Source: Candidatus Omnitrophota bacterium (GTDB lineage Bacteria; Omnitrophota; Gorgyraeia; Zapsychrales; JANLHA01). Taken from it: a stretch of 56,243 nt of DNA. Below are positions 54,625 through 56,243 of the stretch, in pieces (positions within the stretch are counted from its first letter, which is position 1; each line of letters begins with the position of its first letter). The DNA lies in the NCBI GenBank assembly GCA_038222225.1, contig JBBRHV010000008.1, forward strand, positions 1-56,243, in the 5' to 3' direction. Made by a program: the position numbers and the translations under genes. The notes beneath the pieces were generated by a model. That model searched no databases, was not told the DNA's origin, and saw nothing but the letters and a program-made list of their open reading frames with translations.

Positions 54625-54679
54625 GGCTTTGTCAACAAATTTTAAGGACCCTCCTTTTTAAAAAAGGGTCCCGTTAAAA

Positions 54680-56191
54680 ATGTCCACAGAACTGTTGATT
54701 TTTGTTCCCGGGCATGCTATCTTCATGAACAATCAGCACTTATTGCAATTTATGAAAAATCCATTACTTCAAAAAATCCTAACTTTTCTTTTCCTGTCGA
54801 CCCTATGCGTGTCAGCTTTTTTGATCCGTTTTGAAAACTTTCAAAACTCACCCAATGTCACCATTGATGAAATGGTTTACGCGCGCATGGGCTCCCAAAT
54901 GGCAAAGAACCCTTTTGATTACAATACGATTGCCTACGGACATGATCTAGCTGCTAATGGACGCCCTCTACCTGAATATTTCTTTAAACCGCTTTTTAAG
55001 CATCCTCCTTTGTTCACGGCATTGGTTGCGATCTCTTTCAAAATCGCCGGAAACGAATTTAAAAATTCCGTCTACCCTTCTCTGCTGGCAGGCATTTTTT
55101 CAATTATCCTTATTTATCTGTTAGGTTCCATACTGTATTCAAACACGGTCGGCCTGTTAGCCGCCTTCCTTCTGTGGATGGATCCGATCAGCATTGTCTG
55201 TTCACAGAAAGTCTGGATGGATTCTCTGATTACTTTTTTCACCCTACTGGCCGTTACCTGTTTCGCCTACGCCATTAAAAAGAGAAAACCCTGGTTTTTT
55301 ATCTGCTTCGGATTAGCCGCAGGCTGCGCCATCAATACAAAATACACAGGAATCCTGCCGGTCCTGATCTGTTTGGCATACTCTCTGCTCTATGATCATT
55401 CCCTCTTCAAAATGAAGCGTTTTCGCATCGGAATGGTCCTGCCGGTTTTAATGCTCACGCCATGGTTCTTGTGGAATGGCACGGTGTATGGAACAAGCCA
55501 TCTTTTAAAAACCCTCCAGCAACACGAAGAATTGAAAGCCGTCCTGCAAATTCTCATGCAAAACATGTTTTTGGCTGTTTTTCTGCTATCTTTAATTCTG
55601 CTGGCCCAAATCCTTCTTACAAAGTTTTTCCGATTCAAAAAACCGCCACAACCCCAGAAAAAGGCCCCATCTGAACACGCGTCCTCCATGCTTGAACGTT
55701 TCAGTTATCTGCTCATTATTGTCATTTTAGCCTTCTGGTTCAAAGAATACATTCTTCGCAGCCTTGATTTCTGGGATATCCCGGTTGGGACATGGTATCA
55801 GGGCGTTTTCTCCCAAGAACCGCCCAAATTTTACATCGGCAGGCTTATAGAATTTTCAGCTCTTTATACATTTGGTATTATTTCACTGCTGACATTTCAC
55901 CAAAATGCCCCTAAAGAAGAAGCCCTTCTGCGGCTCTCGGCAGGAATCATTCTGGTGTTTTTTATTTTGTGGGGAAACTTCCAATCCCGCTATATTCTCT
56001 CAGCCATTCCATTTGTCATTCTGCTGTCCGCTGATCTTCTGATCAAAACTTTGCGCTGGACTGAAACCCAGCCCTTCCTGCTGCGTCTTGTCGGAAAACC
56101 CGCGTTTGTTCTCTTTATTCTCTACGCCATCGCAAAAACCGGAACCATTGATATGGTTTTTGCCTTCCCAAATGATATGTGTTATTTTTGA
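54680..56191 (+). CDS. GT-C fold glycosyltransferase, family 39 / ArnT-PMT-like
   Basis: 503 aa polytopic protein with a first-loop IDEMVYARMG (DE motif) and KHPPLF. The start is uncertain (alternatives are MNNQ and MKNPLL). Confidence 0.6.
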   Translation: MSTELLIFVPGHAIFMNNQHLLQFMKNPLLQKILTFLFLSTLCVSAFLIRFENFQNSPNVTIDEMVYARMGSQMAKNPFDYNTIAYGHDLAANGRPLPEYFFKPLFKHPPLFTALVAISFKIAGNEFKNSVYPSLLAGIFSIILIYLLGSILYSNTVGLLAAFLLWMDPISIVCSQKVWMDSLITFFTLLAVTCFAYAIKKRKPWFFICFGLAAGCAINTKYTGILPVLICLAYSLLYDHSLFKMKRFRIGMVLPVLMLTPWFLWNGTVYGTSHLLKTLQQHEELKAVLQILMQNMFLAVFLLSLILLAQILLTKFFRFKKPPQPQKKAPSEHASSMLERFSYLLIIVILAFWFKEYILRSLDFWDIPVGTWYQGVFSQEPPKFYIGRLIEFSALYTFGIISLLTFHQNAPKEEALLRLSAGIILVFFILWGNFQSRYILSAIPFVILLSADLLIKTLRWTETQPFLLRLVGKPAFVLFILYAIAKTGTIDMVFAFPNDMCYF

Positions 56192-56243
56192 TTTATACCA
56201 AAACGGCGTTCCCTGCGGACAAAAACCGCTTTCCCTGACCACA

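Noticed and set aside
56000-56242. 80-aa minus-strand ORF at the right edge of the window.
   Set aside because: It is antisense to the 3' end of the GT39-like gene and has no motifs. It is truncated by the window edge.
1-56243. Prophage, integrative element or defence island, considered as the source of the unusual giant genes.
   Set aside because: I could recognise no integrase, transposase, tRNA attachment site, flanking direct repeats or phage structural genes. The flanking genes are housekeeping (pnp, rpsO) or glucan metabolism.

Overview
A 56 kb bacterial chromosomal segment with dense, often overlapping genes. Almost all genes between nt 831 and 54541 are on the minus strand. I saw no rRNA, tRNA, transposase, integrase or cas genes. 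The taxon cannot be assigned from the sequence alone, and all homology calls are by-eye motif recognition.

Content from left to right:
- An ECF sigma / zf-HC2 anti-sigma pair, an alternative-oxidase-like di-iron protein, a receiver-only response regulator, a Na/Pi cotransporter, a PilZ protein and a flavoprotein.
- A fabZ-fabG operon headed by a ketosynthase-like protein that has lost its Cys-His-His triad.
- An FMN-riboswitch-controlled riboflavin operon (ribBA-ribH-nusB-PHP-ribD-ribE).
- pncC and thpR, separated by an intergenic array of short hairpins.
- A long membrane and lipid block: lgt, DUF4395-like, an ICMT-like methyltransferase, a Tes/GDGT-MAS-like radical SAM enzyme, DUF2339, a membrane-anchored hexapeptide acyltransferase, a hydrolase, GDYXXLXY/DUF2157, an LplT-PlsC-Aas triple fusion, MarR, BI-1, pgpA and pgsA.
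- Housekeeping genes rimO, rodZ, ftsK, pnp and rpsO.
- An alpha-glucan locus: two GH57 genes, DUF4912, a GT-B synthase-like gene and an HTH-CBM48 regulator.

The strongest candidate for an undescribed system is at 38773..48082, next to the alpha-glucan locus. It is a tandem pair of roughly 1,500-aa signal-peptide proteins. They share a conserved N-terminal module of about 320 aa and a C-terminal module of about 60 aa. Their cores differ: one is a divergent GT35 glucan-phosphorylase-like domain in which the PLP lysine is replaced by arginine, and the other is two tandem UDP-sugar-pyrophosphorylase-like domains.
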